A DNA stretch of 64,000 nucleotides, taken from the NCBI GenBank assembly GCA_012295275.1, contig CM022679.1, positions 31,434,001 to 31,498,000 of the forward strand. The letters run 5' to 3'. Source of the stretch: Chrysomallon squamiferum. Its lineage: Eukaryota; Animalia; Mollusca. The notes under the pieces are model-generated. The model saw nothing but the letters and a program-made list of their open reading frames with translations, did no database searches and had not been told where the DNA came from. Below are positions 50,801 to 64,000 of the stretch, piece after piece; within the stretch, counting starts at the first letter, position 1, and the number at the start of each line of letters is the position of its first letter. A program made the position numbers and the translations under genes.

Positions 50801-53800
50801 CTCATAATCTCTGAGTAAGGATATGTCAGTATATACTAATTAAACAAACAGAGAACCTGAAGTAAGATATTCTGAGGGTCAACTTTTAAAGTGTTTTTGA
50901 ATTAAAAAAAATTAAAAACACTGGATTTTCTATCTTAATTTCTTGTGAACCAAGATTTAACTATCTAACCTGAACAATCAGGATCAGATAAGTAAATTAA
51001 TTTGAAAAGTGAGATGGTTTGATTTTTTTGAGAAAAGTGTTCTTGTATTACAATCTGGCTCAACTTACATTAGTTTATCTTGTCAATTTTACTGAAAATT
51101 GTAACCCTATCTCATCAAATATTAAGTAGAAGCATATTAAGTATTATTACAATTTGATTTATGTCAAAATTAATTCTCAATGGGGGAGAGGATGCACATA
51201 TTTAAGAAACTTGGTCTTATACATTCTTAACTTGGAGGCCAGTGAAACTGGTTTAAAAAAAAAAAAACAAAAAAAAAAAATTAAAAAACATTTAGAATAA
51301 ATTTACATACATAATATGTCATATTTTTTGTGTGGAAATTTGTGGTTTTATTTGTGGAATTTGGTTATTTTGTCCTACATAACAAGGTTTTGTTTTAAGA
51401 TTGGAGATTTACAATTTCAATCTCCTGGGAGATTCTTCCAAACTTCATAAAAATGAAACCAACCAAAATAAAAATAAAAAGTAAACAAATGTCATCTTCA
51501 TGTGGCTTACCTGTGCTTTGAAAGTGCATGTTTGATATATATATATATATATAAAAAAAAACACACCAAAAAACCACCAAAAAACCCCAACTATGAAGTA
51601 GTATGCCGAGTAATATATTTGAAATAAACTGTCATGTAATGGCTACATGGTCAATTATTTGTAATGAAGAGTAGATTATAACTATTAATTTCTCAACCAA
51701 ATTAAGTAACAATTAAAATGAGATCTGTAAAGTGACTTGACCAAATCAGTCATTTTAATAAATATAAATACAAAACACCAGTTAAATGTATTAAAAACAA
51801 AAAGAAAATCTGCTGAGTTGAAGCATCTGAATATAGGTATTACATTCAAATAAGATGAGGTGACTATTGCTTAAAAGTGTCAACAAGCTTAAGCAAAACA
51901 GCTGGAAAGCTTTCATGTCTGGATTTATCTAAATAATGAATTTCTGGAGGATACTTCTAAACATAGTCAAATTGCAATTTCCTTCAGTTTGTTCTTATCA
52001 AAATGTGCACTGTGTCTTTCTATATGTTTGTAATAAAATGCATATATGTATAAAATGTATGTGTATATAAATGCTATTTGTTTCAAACATAGTCAATAGC
52101 ATGTCTGTCTTTAAGCAGTAACTTATACAGATGAAAAGAAAATTAAATTCAAATAAAGTTTAACATAAATGGATAAAAGAAATGTAATAAAAAAGATACC
52201 AGTGTTGTAGAGTTAACATTAAAAAAATAAAAAAATTGGAAAAGCTGAGGTAGCCATAGAATAGAAACAATTTTTCTTTGTTGAAGGTTAGATTTGTGTG
52301 CCTCAAAAATGAATCTAAATGAACTCTTAATTGTAAACAAAATGATAAAAAAAATCCAGGAAAATGCTACTTGTATGTATTAACAGTATTTAGATATTCT
52401 CGTATTCAGTTAAATGCAATAATAAAAAAATAAATAAATAAAAAAATAGGTAGATTGCACAAAAAACTCGAACAGAAATAAATAAATAAATATAAATAAA
52501 TAAACAAAACTCAAACAAATCTGAGCATTTACAAAGTAACTGATAAATGTGTTGCAATCAACTGGTCTTGCAAAGACAGGGTCTCTTAATAGTGGTTACA
52601 TAAAATGATAAATGCTAAAATATATGGTCACCTTTTCCTAAAACATTCAACTTTTTCTGAGAATAAGTATCAAAATACTAACATTAATGACATGAATTAA
52701 CTTTGCATTAAAAACTTACTGCAGTATCAGATATTTGGTCATGTTTAACACACAGTTTACAGCATAGGACATATTTGTTACACGAAAAACAGGATTGCAG
52801 AATTATTATCAATTTATTATGTGAAGAAAATACAGCTGTTGTTAGAAAAAACAAGGTTGGCCTGGATGTACATATGAAATGCATAATTCATAGATTTGTA
52901 ACAGTTTCAGTCATAGTTTGAGAATTATCATTATATGACTTTTTAAATACTGAAGTAAAATATGAAAATAAAAATTAAAATAAAAAAACAAACCTTTAAG
53001 AATGAATATTGATGATTATTGTAAGAAGAATGCATATCACAGATTCTTGTCATTTGTAAACAAAGTGTATTTGGCATAGCACTAAACAACCTACAAGTTT
53101 TAGATTAGTAGTAACTGTTTTGTTAGTAACATTGTTTATTTGCACTACAAAGCAGTCTAATTAAATTAATTAATTTAGTTAATTAATAGAAAACATACCA
53201 ACACAAAGGTTAAAATATTTTCATTTCAGTTTTTTCAAGAAACGACTAAATTGATTCAGTTTGTGAAGTGTAAAAATGTTTTTGTTTCAAACACTGTCTT
53301 AGTCTTCCTCACACCATTTCTGCTATTTTCATTTCAACTGTTTCAAAAAAATGAAATAACTAAACTCATTCAGTCTGACAAGGGTCTACTGGAGAAATGT
53401 TTTTCATAGTGCTGTTAAGGGCATTGTTTATGACATATTTCTAACTATATATAGCTTTCCTGTAATGTGCTTATTTGTTCATGTAGATATGTGTTTCTGT
53501 CAGTTTTCTCAAAAGGTTTAGCAATAATGCTTGTAAAAGTAAGTCTCAGTACTAATAGACTAAAACAAATTTACAGCAGAATTATATTCTCTATATGGGA
53601 ACATACTTTCAATAAAAAAAGAAATGTTATACATTTCATGTATGGACAAAATTCAGTTATTATTTTTACTAAATAAAGGCTCAACTTCAACTTCTATATG
53701 AGCAACTACTATTTATATATTTTCATTTGCAAACTATACAAAACTGAAATTCAATGAAAAATACAACTATATCTGTATATAAAAATCAAAAAATCTACAG

Positions 53801-54729
53801 TATCTTTCATACTTAAATTTTTTTTTTAATAAAGCAGGTTTTCATTTGAAGTTCTTTTCTTTTTCATATAAACCATGTTTAACTGTTCAAATTATTTAAT
53901 AACTTGTTTATTAATTTATTTAATAAATCTTGTCTGAAACATATTTCACAAATCACCCCTATTTTCACATTATTGCATCCAATATTTTAACTCCAAAAAT
54001 AAAGTTTTTCTCTTCATATATTAAAATCATACATTCTATTACATAATATTTTCATTTCTCAATGCCATTAAAAAAATAACGTTGTAAAGTTTCCTGGACA
54101 TGTAATGACACAGATGTACAAAAGAAAATAAGCCACCATTGAAATAAAGTAACTTAATGAAGTAACAAAAATGTTCATTGTTGGTGGTTTTCAACGGTTT
54201 ATGTGAATTTCATCACTAGATGTGTTTTACTGTCCAACTAATTTTCTTAAAGTTCTTGGTTTAAAACCTCACATAGTTCTCTACATAAAAAATGTAGTGA
54301 TTTTCTGGACACTAACAGATATTTCAAATGCTTATAGAACACCTATATAGAAAATAAATTAAAAAATAAATATTCTTTCCTTAATTAATTCTGATTTGTC
54401 CACGTGCCAGAAACCATCTTCTGGATTCCACAGCAGTTTAAAAAAATAATTTCTTATTCCTGCTCACAGCAAAAGTTTTATAAAACATACCTGGCAAGCA
54501 ACTGTTAAAAATATAATTTAACAACCTTTTTTCCCTTCTGTTTACTTTTATCTATAAACAATGTGACTCAAAAAAATTGTTATCTACTGTTCCTACAACT
54601 AGCTTACGCAAATGTCTGACAAATTATAATAAATAAATAAATAAATATGCTCATCAGCTATATTACTAAAGGATTAATTAATATTTTCAGTTAAAAAAAA
54701 TGAGACAAAATTATCACAATGTGGAATCA

Positions 54730-57700
54730 TCATTTTCGCAGCAGTTGTTTTCTCTGTTGTTCCAGCAGTCCCTCCAGGTGATCAGCTCGCTTTGTGGCAG
54801 CCTGGTACTGCTGTCGTAGTTGCTGCACAACTTCTTCTTTCTTTAATATTGCTTGCTTAACTCTGAAACAGTCACAAAGAACAAATTGAAAATTAAAAAT
54901 TTACATTTCAGCTTTGAATATTTTGTACACTCAAGATGAAATTTTTTTTTTTTAATCTTTTGATAAAAAAAAAATAAAAGTAAAAAATTTAAAAAATTGA
55001 GAATACAAAATAGAGAAAATAAATTAAATAGCAAATACAAGGTTTGTGAATAATTGTCATTTTAAAAATGAATAAATATTTATTTAACAAACTCCTCAGT
55101 ACATTTTAATATTAATAGTTAAATGGTTATCAAACATCTTTTTGTGATGATATATAAGAGAAAATAAGAAGTGGGAAAATCACTGAACAGCAAGAATCTT
55201 TTATCTGCACTGTATTATGGACATAAAAGCACAACAGGAGCCTTTCATAATGCCAACACATTACCATAAAGGACTGATTCGAGAATTGTCATAATGCAGG
55301 ACTAACACTGTGCACTGAAATATAAAATACTTGAATGTTAACTTTCACCTCTTATGAACCTCCTCCAATTCATCGTCTTTCTGTCTTCTCAAGTCTTCAG
55401 TGTCATTCTTAGCTTTCTCCAGTTCTATCCGGTGTTTGGCTTTCAGTTCTGCCATCTCCATCTTAACTCTCTTGCTTTCCTCCTCAGTCTGGACAATGCG
55501 GTCAGCAAACTCCTGGCGAATGATGTCTGAAACATGGCCCCTCTCCTCATGTAACTTTTGAGTCAGCTGAAATATTAATGGTTTTAAACAGTAGTTCAAG
55601 GAATACTCAGTGTATAAATCTTCATATATATCTACATACATACACACATATACAGATTTCTTAATTATTATTATTATATTTTTTTTTAAATAAACAAGAG
55701 TGTTATCTTGCAATCTTTGGTGTTTACCTATTTCAAAAGATGCCACTACTGAATGATTTGATAGATATAAATCAGTGTAGTAGAAGCGATAATTGTTTGG
55801 TTTTTGCTATGCATTTTGGTAGGCTTGTCAATTCAGTGACTCTGAAATACAAATTATCATTTCTACTATACAAAAATTCAATCAACTTGGTCTGAATTAA
55901 ATAAGATTGATAACACTGCAGCACAAAAATTATTGTCTACTGAGTGTCAATCACAACATACAAAACAAATTTAAAACTGCTAACAGTTAATAAAAGCAAT
56001 TTTAGCATCTTACCCTCTTATTATCTTCAAGTTCTAAATCTTTCTGCCGTATAATTACTTTTAGTCGTTCATTTTCACCCTCCACTTCTGTCAGCTTTGC
56101 CTAAAGAAATATTTTTAATTATCAGTTATTAAAAATTACACAAAGTGAAAATGAATTTCCAAAAATAAATAATTATCTAAGTCAATAAACAGAGAAATTC
56201 AGAACTGTATCTATTTTGCACAGATTATTTAGAGTATCCTACACATATGGAATGTTTTTAATCACAAATTATGTCCAGTCAGAAAGTGTGTGGTACAGCT
56301 TAAGGGAGTAAGAGTGCCATGTTTATTTTTAATTATTACTAGTGACAAACTTTAATTTGATAGTAAATAAATAAATAAATTAAAAACTAAAAGAACTGTT
56401 TACCTTCATTTCGTTGTATTTCTGAATTGCTTCTCTCTCAGATCTTTCCAGTTCTTTTATTTCAGAACTATATTTATCTTTCAAACGTCTGGAAACAGTA
56501 ATTAAAACAAAATATATTACATTTCATTCATTTAGTATGACTCTGAAATGTTGCACTATTAATAAATTACTAACCTTTCATAAAATAAATATATAATTAA
56601 CTAATCATATTTTACAATACATGTGACAGAATATAAAATTAATGATTAAATAATTTAACTGTAAAAATAAGGTTCAATATAAATCTCAAAACATTGAACT
56701 CCTCTATATGAGCATTTATTTGTTAGTCTGTGAGTAAAAAAAAAAAACAACAACAAAAAATCATATATAATATTAAATGACTTTAATAATGGTTAATTTT
56801 AACAATACTAATAACACATAACTACAGACCTAATTTTATTTTCTGCAGTTTTCTCGCACTCTTCTCTGGCAGCTGTGGCATCCTCTTCCAGTCTACGTAT
56901 AACCATGTCTATCTCCTTATCACGGTCCTTCCTCACCGTCTCCTTCAACTCTCGCTCCTTGTGAGCCAACCAAGTCTCCTTTTTCTTCATGTAGTTCTCC
57001 TCCCAGGACTCCTTCTCTAGTTTTAACCGTTCATGTAGTTCTCGGATTTCAGTCTGCAGAGTAATTCATCACATTAATTTCAAGTTTGTTTCTGACAAAA
57101 ATATACCTATTAACTATTATGAAACAACCTAAAGTTTATTTAGTTTTAAGTATTTAATAGCTGATTAAATAAACTCGTATCTTACTGTATTTTTTTTTTT
57201 TACTTTAGAAAATTGTTCACTCACTGATCCAGCAAGTTTATAAATGTTCAAATTAAAAGAAATTTGAATTTTCTAAATCTTTTTTTATTACTCTAATACA
57301 AAAAAGCATAAACTAATTAGCTGAAAAATTAATTAAAATATTCCACTCACAGCATGCCTACTGTCTTGTTCAGCTCTAGCTTTCTCAAACTCTGATTTCA
57401 TTGCTTCAAGGGCGTGGTTATGGCTGTCCTCCAGCTGCCTCTGTAGCTTGTCCAACTCAGTGCGCTGTCGAATGGCCTGCTGGGATAGCCGATCTTTCTC
57501 TTCCTGGACCTCGGCATACAGTCGTCTACGCTGCTGTTGGTATGCCTGTTCCTCCTGCTGCAGCTGCTTCTCATATCTACAAAACAATAACAACATTTTA
57601 AAAAAATGTTCTTTTTTCTCTTAAAGATTTGAATTTTTTAAATCAATGCAAAAAGTTGATCTAAACTGCTGTGAGATAAACAAACAAATTTATGCTAAAT

Positions 57701-60700
57701 CAGAAATATCAGAACAAACCTAATAAATCAGACATGGAAATGGGCCCAATGGGGGCACTTTGATGGACTGACCATGTGACCAATCATCCCTCAGGTCAGC
57801 AATTGAGCACTGAGTACAACAACAAAGAAATAAAACTATCACCTTTCCATGGCCAGCTGTCTTTCCCTAGCACATGCTGATTCTTTCTCCTCGGCCAGCT
57901 GGTTTCTCAGTTCCTCTGTCATCTTCACATATCTCTGTGCTGCTCTTTCATCAGCTTCGAGTAGCTCTGCCTCGTGAATCTGTTTTACCTTCTTCAACTC
58001 TGCTTTGTGCTTGGCTATCAGTCGCTGGATTTCCGGTTCCAACCCTTTCACAGTCATTTCCTATCATTAAGATAAATTGTTGGTTTTTGGGTGGATTTTT
58101 TTTTTTATATATATATATATATATTTTTAAGATTATAATTTTTTCATGTTTTTTTCCACTAAAAAAAACAAATTTTGATAGTTTTATTGTTTTTAAGTAA
58201 GAGGGCATATATGGAAAATAATCCAAAATTTCACTGTTAGTTTGACAAAAATATTTTATTTTTCTTCTTTTTTCACAACAGCTTACTTCAATTTTCTGTT
58301 GCTTTTTTTTGATGAATAGCTTACTTTAATTTTTTATTTTCAAAATAGTTTACTTTAATTTTCTGTGTTTGTTTTTTAACAGAATAGCTTACTTTAATTT
58401 TCTTGGTTTTCTCATCAATCCATTTCTCTCTTCTAAGCTTCTCAGTTGCTGATGTAATTTCTTTCAATTTATTCATTTCTATAGTGTGGCTGAAACAAAA
58501 TAAATAAATATCAAAATCAACAAGATAGGATATTTGGGAGGTGCTGAAACTCTACATTCACTCTTTGCAGTTTATGATAATAAAAAATAAACTGTTAATT
58601 GACACCATGTCTATGATTAATATGTCAATTATTTAATGCAATTACCTGTTTATCAATACCCAAATCTTTATTTGTATGTTTGTTATCAACTTACTTTTCC
58701 TCCATTGACTTGAACTTGTCTCTGTATTTTTTATCAATCTCCTTCAGTTCTTTCACCAGCTGTTCACATTTTTCACCCAGCATCTTTTTGTCTTCAATAA
58801 GCTGAAAAGAGAAAAAATGTACAAATTTTATACAAACAAACATACATATTACGTACATACATATATGTAAAATAAATAAGTAAATATAAAAAGAACTCCA
58901 CACTGGATACAATAAACATTTTTAACAATTATTTTTATTTTTGATAGTAATAAAACTAATTCAGATACCACCACGTTCTGTTTTTGTCAAAGAAATGATA
59001 AAATGTCATATATTATCACACATTAAACACACACACAAATAATTGTACATTACACACAATAAAATACACATTTTACATTAAGAGAATTGACAGTTAACTA
59101 TTTACCTGGTCTATGAAAGATAAATGTCGTTTTATTGTCTCTTCATATTCGTCCTTCTGTACCTCCAGCCTTCGTTTCATTTCTTTCTCTGTTTCCTTGG
59201 CATGCCGTACGGTCAGTTCCCTCTGCTGGTTCTACAATAAAATACAAAAATCCGAAGTTGGTACACATTTAACTAAAAGGTGGGGTTTTTTAATTATCTT
59301 TTTTTCATAAACCACAACAGGTATCTTAAATATTTTAATCTTATATGAACTTAATTGATCAATATACATGATACATAATCAGTAGTATACAATTGCTTTT
59401 AAAGTAAAATAAAAAATAACTGATAGTATGAAACTGCTTTTTATGCAAAGTAAAATAAATAATCTGGAACCATTCTGAATACAAGAAAGAACTACATAGA
59501 TTATTTTGCCAGTGAAAATAAACCATGACACTTTTTATTATTAATTCAATTATTTTCAATAGAACAAGGAACAGTAACTCCTGTTTCTCCTAAAAAAAAA
59601 AACATGAGACTTTTTATTATTAATTCAATTATTTTCAACAGAACAAGGAACAGTAACTCCTGTTTCTCCTAAAAAAAACGAGACTTTTTATTATTAATTC
59701 AATTATTGTTCAGTAGAACAAGGAAAGGTAACTCCTGTTACTCCTACCAGTGCCTTCTGCAGCATTGTGATGGTTCGTTTCTTCTCGTCAATCTCCAGTC
59801 GCTGTGACAACACTGCACTGGTTACCTCACTGGCAACAGCCTGAGCCTGTTCAATCTGTGCCATTTCTTCACCAGTGGGAAGCAGGGCAGCAGGCTTTTC
59901 TAACTGTTCACTCATCCTGTTAATTTCCTGAAATTAGCAGCATAAATCAATTTAAACAGGAACACAAAGAACAAAATATTAAGGAAATGCAATGTAAAAG
60001 TTCTAAAAAAATCAGTGTAGCTAGCTGAAGGTGGAATCAATGAAAAGTTTAAATAAAAATAATGAAAAATAAATTAAAATGTCTTAAAAATCTGTGGAAA
60101 GTTTAATGTGTTATCTGTGATTTACTTAACTAGATAAATAAAACTGTTCAAAGAAAATGTTTTATTAACATTTTTACTTCTTAAACACAAAAATCGTAAT
60201 TACAAATTAGGGATCACATAAAAAAAAAAATACATAAAGAAAATACATTATTATATTACAGCTAATTTTTTAAATTCTAGTAAATAATGAAAGAAAAATA
60301 TGTGACACACTACTATGAATTTATCCAGGGGCTGTAAGGTTTATCCTATTAATATTCATATAAACAGAAAAAAAAAAAAACCACTGTACAATCACTATGA
60401 AAAATAGTTGCTTTTGTTTAGCATTTTTCAACATTTTCAAAAAGACTGACAAAAAACTTTGTTTTTTTGTTCATAAAAACTTGAGGATATCAAGTGAAAA
60501 TAACTGTGTAGAAAATTTACAAGCACACTATCTACATCTGTTTAGTTATAACTCTTATTAAATGCAGATTCACAGTTTTTAAACAAACAACTGTAAATAG
60601 TTATCAGAAAAAAAAACTGAAAACTCTCACCATAAACTATTACCTGGTTAGTTCAGATGTTGCTATGTCAACAGGCTAGTCTGGTTACAAAGAAAGACCT

Positions 60701-63700
60701 GTTGTATTAACATTTGGACAGGTGAAAAAAAAACCTCATTATTGAAATAGGTAGTAATATATGTAATGATATACTCACTGAATCAATCTCAGAGAGCCGG
60801 TCATTGACCTGTACTTCGTCAAGAAAAGACATAATACTCTGTAACTTGTCATCTGAGAGAAAGCCACTCTTACTCAAACTGTCCTTTGCAGAATTCAACT
60901 TCTCTAAATTCTCCATGGTTAAATTTGTGTCACCTTCTCTGCTTTTAGTTAAATCTTCCACTGAAAAAAAAAAAATAAAAATAAAAATTAAATAAAACAT
61001 GTTTGCTGATGTAACCAGTATTGAGAGAACTAAGTATCTTTCCTCACACGATTAAACTAAACAGATCATCACCAGGGTGGATAATGATGCTAGTAAGGTG
61101 AAAAAAACAACAACAACATAATACAGCCTTTAATTTAATTTGCAAGAATGTTCACAGAAAGGTAGAAAAACCAAACTTAGAAAAGAAATCTTTCTGAATA
61201 AAGAGAAATCTGAGAGAAATCTTAAAAATACTTACACCACGAATTCTTCTTTTCTTGTCGAGCGCTCACAAATGTCTCTTCCTCTTCTAGTTTCTTAAGT
61301 GTGTCAAAAAGATCATTGAGGGTGGTTCTAGTTGGGGCCTTACTCTGATTTTCTCCTTCTCTGGGAGAATCCACAGCAGCTTCAGCACCGTTCTGACCAG
61401 GTGACAACTGCAACACAGAAGTATACATTACATATATATGAATGAAATGTGTATCAGTGTATGCTCTGTCTTTATCAACTGTAAAAACAATTGTTTTTAG
61501 GTGCTACAACCAGTTTCTATGTTTTTAAGGAGTCAATCAGTTAATTAAAGATCAAGCATAATTATTGGCAGCTAGGAAAATATGCACCATTTTCCCCATG
61601 CAGTTGATATTCTTGTTAAAATTCAATATATGAATCATCCTGAATAATATTTTAATTATACTTATTGCTTAATTTAATATTCTCTCTCAAAAAAAAAATA
61701 AAAATAAAATAAAAATTTTACATTTTTGGTTGCTTATTACCTCATCTGCTTCTGATGTGACTTGTGGAGTGGCTCTGTCTCGTGGACTCTCCTCTGGTGT
61801 GGCAGTGTCCCCGGGGACATCTTTCTTTACTCCAGCTTTCACACCCTTCTTCTTGCCAATGTTGGTCTTCGATGGAGTTTTTGTGATTTTACCACTAGCC
61901 TGCAGATAGGAAATTTCCTGTTCAGCCTTTTGTTTTACACTCTCTCTCCTTTCTTCTCTCCTTTTGTGAAGGTCCTATGTAATAGAAATTGCCTGTATTG
62001 AATGCTTTTTTAATATTTTTATTTCTGTCATTATTCAACATAAACATCCATAATAATGTTAAAAATAATTATGTTTGCAAACAAAACGGCAAAATTTGGT
62101 ACATTGTATGTGTTGTGTACACTTTAAATTACCTGTATTGCTTGTTGTCTAGCTTTTCTTGCTCTTTCCTCTCTTATTTTTTTCCTGTCTGTATTCTGTT
62201 CATCAGTGACACTTTCCAGTAAAGAAAGACTTCTGTCACTCAGCTGTTTACCTTCTCGCTCCTGTCTCTTGTGTTCTAACATCCTTTTCAGTGCTGCCTG
62301 GCAAGCCAACCTTCTCTTCTGATGTCGGCGAAACCACGACTGTATCTTTGTTGCAGCATTGTTCAATGTCTTTATGTAATCCTCAGCAACATTCAGTCCC
62401 ACTTGATTCGAAGTTGATTTCGAAATGTCGTTCACTTGATGATTTGCCACTTGGTTTTTTGATGAAGATTTCCTCATCTGGTTTTGGTTCACCGGTGCTT
62501 TAGGTTTGATATTTTGATACGAATTTTCCATGGACGACAGAGAAGGTCTGGTTCTTGGCATTAAACCTTGACTAGTCATGTTATTGGCGATGCTGTTCAG
62601 TGGTAGGCTTCTGGGACTCGACTCAGATCTGTGACTATTGAGCATTCCCTGCTCGTCAGCTGACGAGTTGTTTCGGTTGACCCCTGACAGCTGGTTCTGA
62701 AGACTCTGAAGTTTGTTAATGGAGCGAGACAGACTTTCTTCGATGTCCTCTGTCTCATCAGAGCTGCTGTTGACGACCTCTGGGTGGAAGATGTTGTGAG
62801 GCTCTGTGCGATCTGAATCTAAAGTTGTGTCAGTTCTGGAACTGTTGGGAGGACCACTAGATTTTCTACCCTGTCAAATATGTTTTAAAACAATTAGCTT
62901 CAGTTTATTACAAACACTTAACAGAATATGTCAGAATTAGGTTTCAACTTTAAGAAGAAACTAAAGCTCATAAATTATCTTATTATAAAATATTACAGTA
63001 TCCACTATAAAAGATTAATTAGTATCACAGAATGAACATTTGTGGAATGTGTCAGACATGAATAGTACTTGCGTCAATGTAATTTGCTAATCATAAATCT
63101 GTTAATGATGAGTTTTCACACTCAGAATGATACAAAATGATACTGTAGCTGAATGAAGACATAAGACTATAATGTTTGGTTTGTGTCCAACTTGAAAAAC
63201 TGAATTTATTAAACAATAAATAACTAACAATAATAATTTACTATAAAGATCTAGCTGAATAATTTCTATTACAGTTTTTTGAAAATGCTACTTCTAGATA
63301 TATCTAACTCAAATCTGTGTTTAATAAGTCAACACCTTTCCGAAGATGTTTATTAACTGGGTTTTTTAATCTAAACAATGATTTGTACTATTACACTGCA
63401 ATTAGTCATAAATAAAGAAGTACACGTCGTGGTACTAGTAGTACAAATTAGCGACTGATGATTGTGAGTATTACCATCTGGTCCCAGAGAACTTTTGACG
63501 TGGTGGTCTTCTGGTTTTTTGTACTAGGAGCAGAAGTGGGGCGTCTGATCTTGGGTTGATGTGAATTTTCAAACAGAGCTAGAAAATCAGTCCTGGAAGA
63601 AAAATATAAATACATAAATAAATAAATATGAATAAATAATCACACAAAAATGGTATTTTATCAACAAAAAAACTCCCCAGATAAACAGGAATGAATCTTG

Positions 63701-63925
63701 TTATTATTTTAATGGCAAAACATTCTGAACACATGTATCAATAACTGTAACAATGACGATTTTTATATTTTTTATTATGATAATTTTGGATAGAGAGAAA
63801 ATTAGGTAAGTAAATAATTGAGTTTGTAACTTACTCTTTGGTTTTGGGTCTTCTGCCAGAGTTTCCTGTTACAGTTGAAGTAGCACTAGACTCACTTCTA
63901 TGACTGGAAGGGGGCATTCCAGAAC
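54730..63925 (-). CDS. CEP131: Centrosomal protein CEP131/AZI1 (centriolar satellite coiled-coil protein); 5' exon(s) lie outside the window
   Basis: Exons 63835-63925, 63475-63592, 62133-62870, 61741-61974, 61236-61407, 60779-60960, 59748-59927, 59106-59231, 58695-58801, 58393-58489, 57843-58060, 57351-57576, 56830-57053, 56404-56488, 56014-56100, 55349-55566, 54730-54862 (TGA); all phases are consistent. Motifs: TDFLALFE, IQ motif AATKIQSWFRRH, REERARKARQQAIQ, KLQSIMSFLDEV, YEETIKRHLSFIDQLIEDKK, RREKWIDEKTKKIKEMTVKGLEPEIQRLIAKHK, QQQRRRLYAEV, IIRQEFADR, ELEEVHKRVKQAI..KRADHLEGLLEQQRK. Confidence 0.93.
58278..58405 (-). repeat. Tandem copies of a CEP131 exon end plus donor (AGAAAATTAAA|GTAAGCTATT)
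   Basis: On the plus strand: agcttactttaattttct at the true junction (58386), with copies at about 58280, 58318 and 58346. Confidence 0.8.
59524..59747 (-). repeat. ~78-bp tandem repeat (3 copies) starting at a CEP131 5' splice site
   Basis: ctttttattattaattcaattatt...gaacaaggaa..gtaactcctgtt.ctccta occurs three times; the last copy abuts the donor at 59747. Confidence 0.9.
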
Positions 63926-64000
63926 CTGGATAAAGTTAAACAGAATTTTTAAAGATATTCCATGAAACCCAGAAATTAACAACACTGAACAGAGTAAAAT

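Noticed and set aside
62652-62667. Perfect 16-bp palindrome CTCGTCAGCTGACGAG in a CEP131 exon
   Set aside because: A single palindrome of this length is not unexpected in 64 kb, and no function is evident.
62645-62870. Suspected frameshift upstream of the 173-aa CEP131 ORF
   Set aside because: Recounting shows the exon is open from 62870; the ORF track simply starts at the first Met.

Overview
AT-rich, intron-dense metazoan genomic DNA, plausibly mollusc; the taxon is an inference. Seven protein-coding genes were reconstructed by hand from splice sites and reading frames: the 3' part of an axonemal inner-arm dynein heavy chain (DNAH3-like, +, 20 exons), two tandem GPI-anchored Ly6/three-finger genes (-), PHF5A (-) head-to-head with DDX47 (+), HID1 (+), and the 3' part of CEP131/AZI1 (-) tail-to-tail with HID1. 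Repeats include an internally deleted pogo/Tigger DNA transposon, a decayed L2/CR1-type LINE fragment, minisatellites and many microsatellites. Most notable observations: (1) at least six introns in three genes carry tandem copies of their own splice junction, creating arrays of decoy splice sites; (2) a +1 frameshift in the dynein gene at 9449-9451; (3) a U12-type last intron in the dynein gene; (4) a candidate in-frame HID1 cassette exon flanked by QKI and Rbfox motifs; (5) CAGGTR clusters around the 5' ends of both Ly6 genes. Most ORF-track entries are partial exons or low-complexity artefacts. All homology calls are from recalled protein motifs, not database searches.
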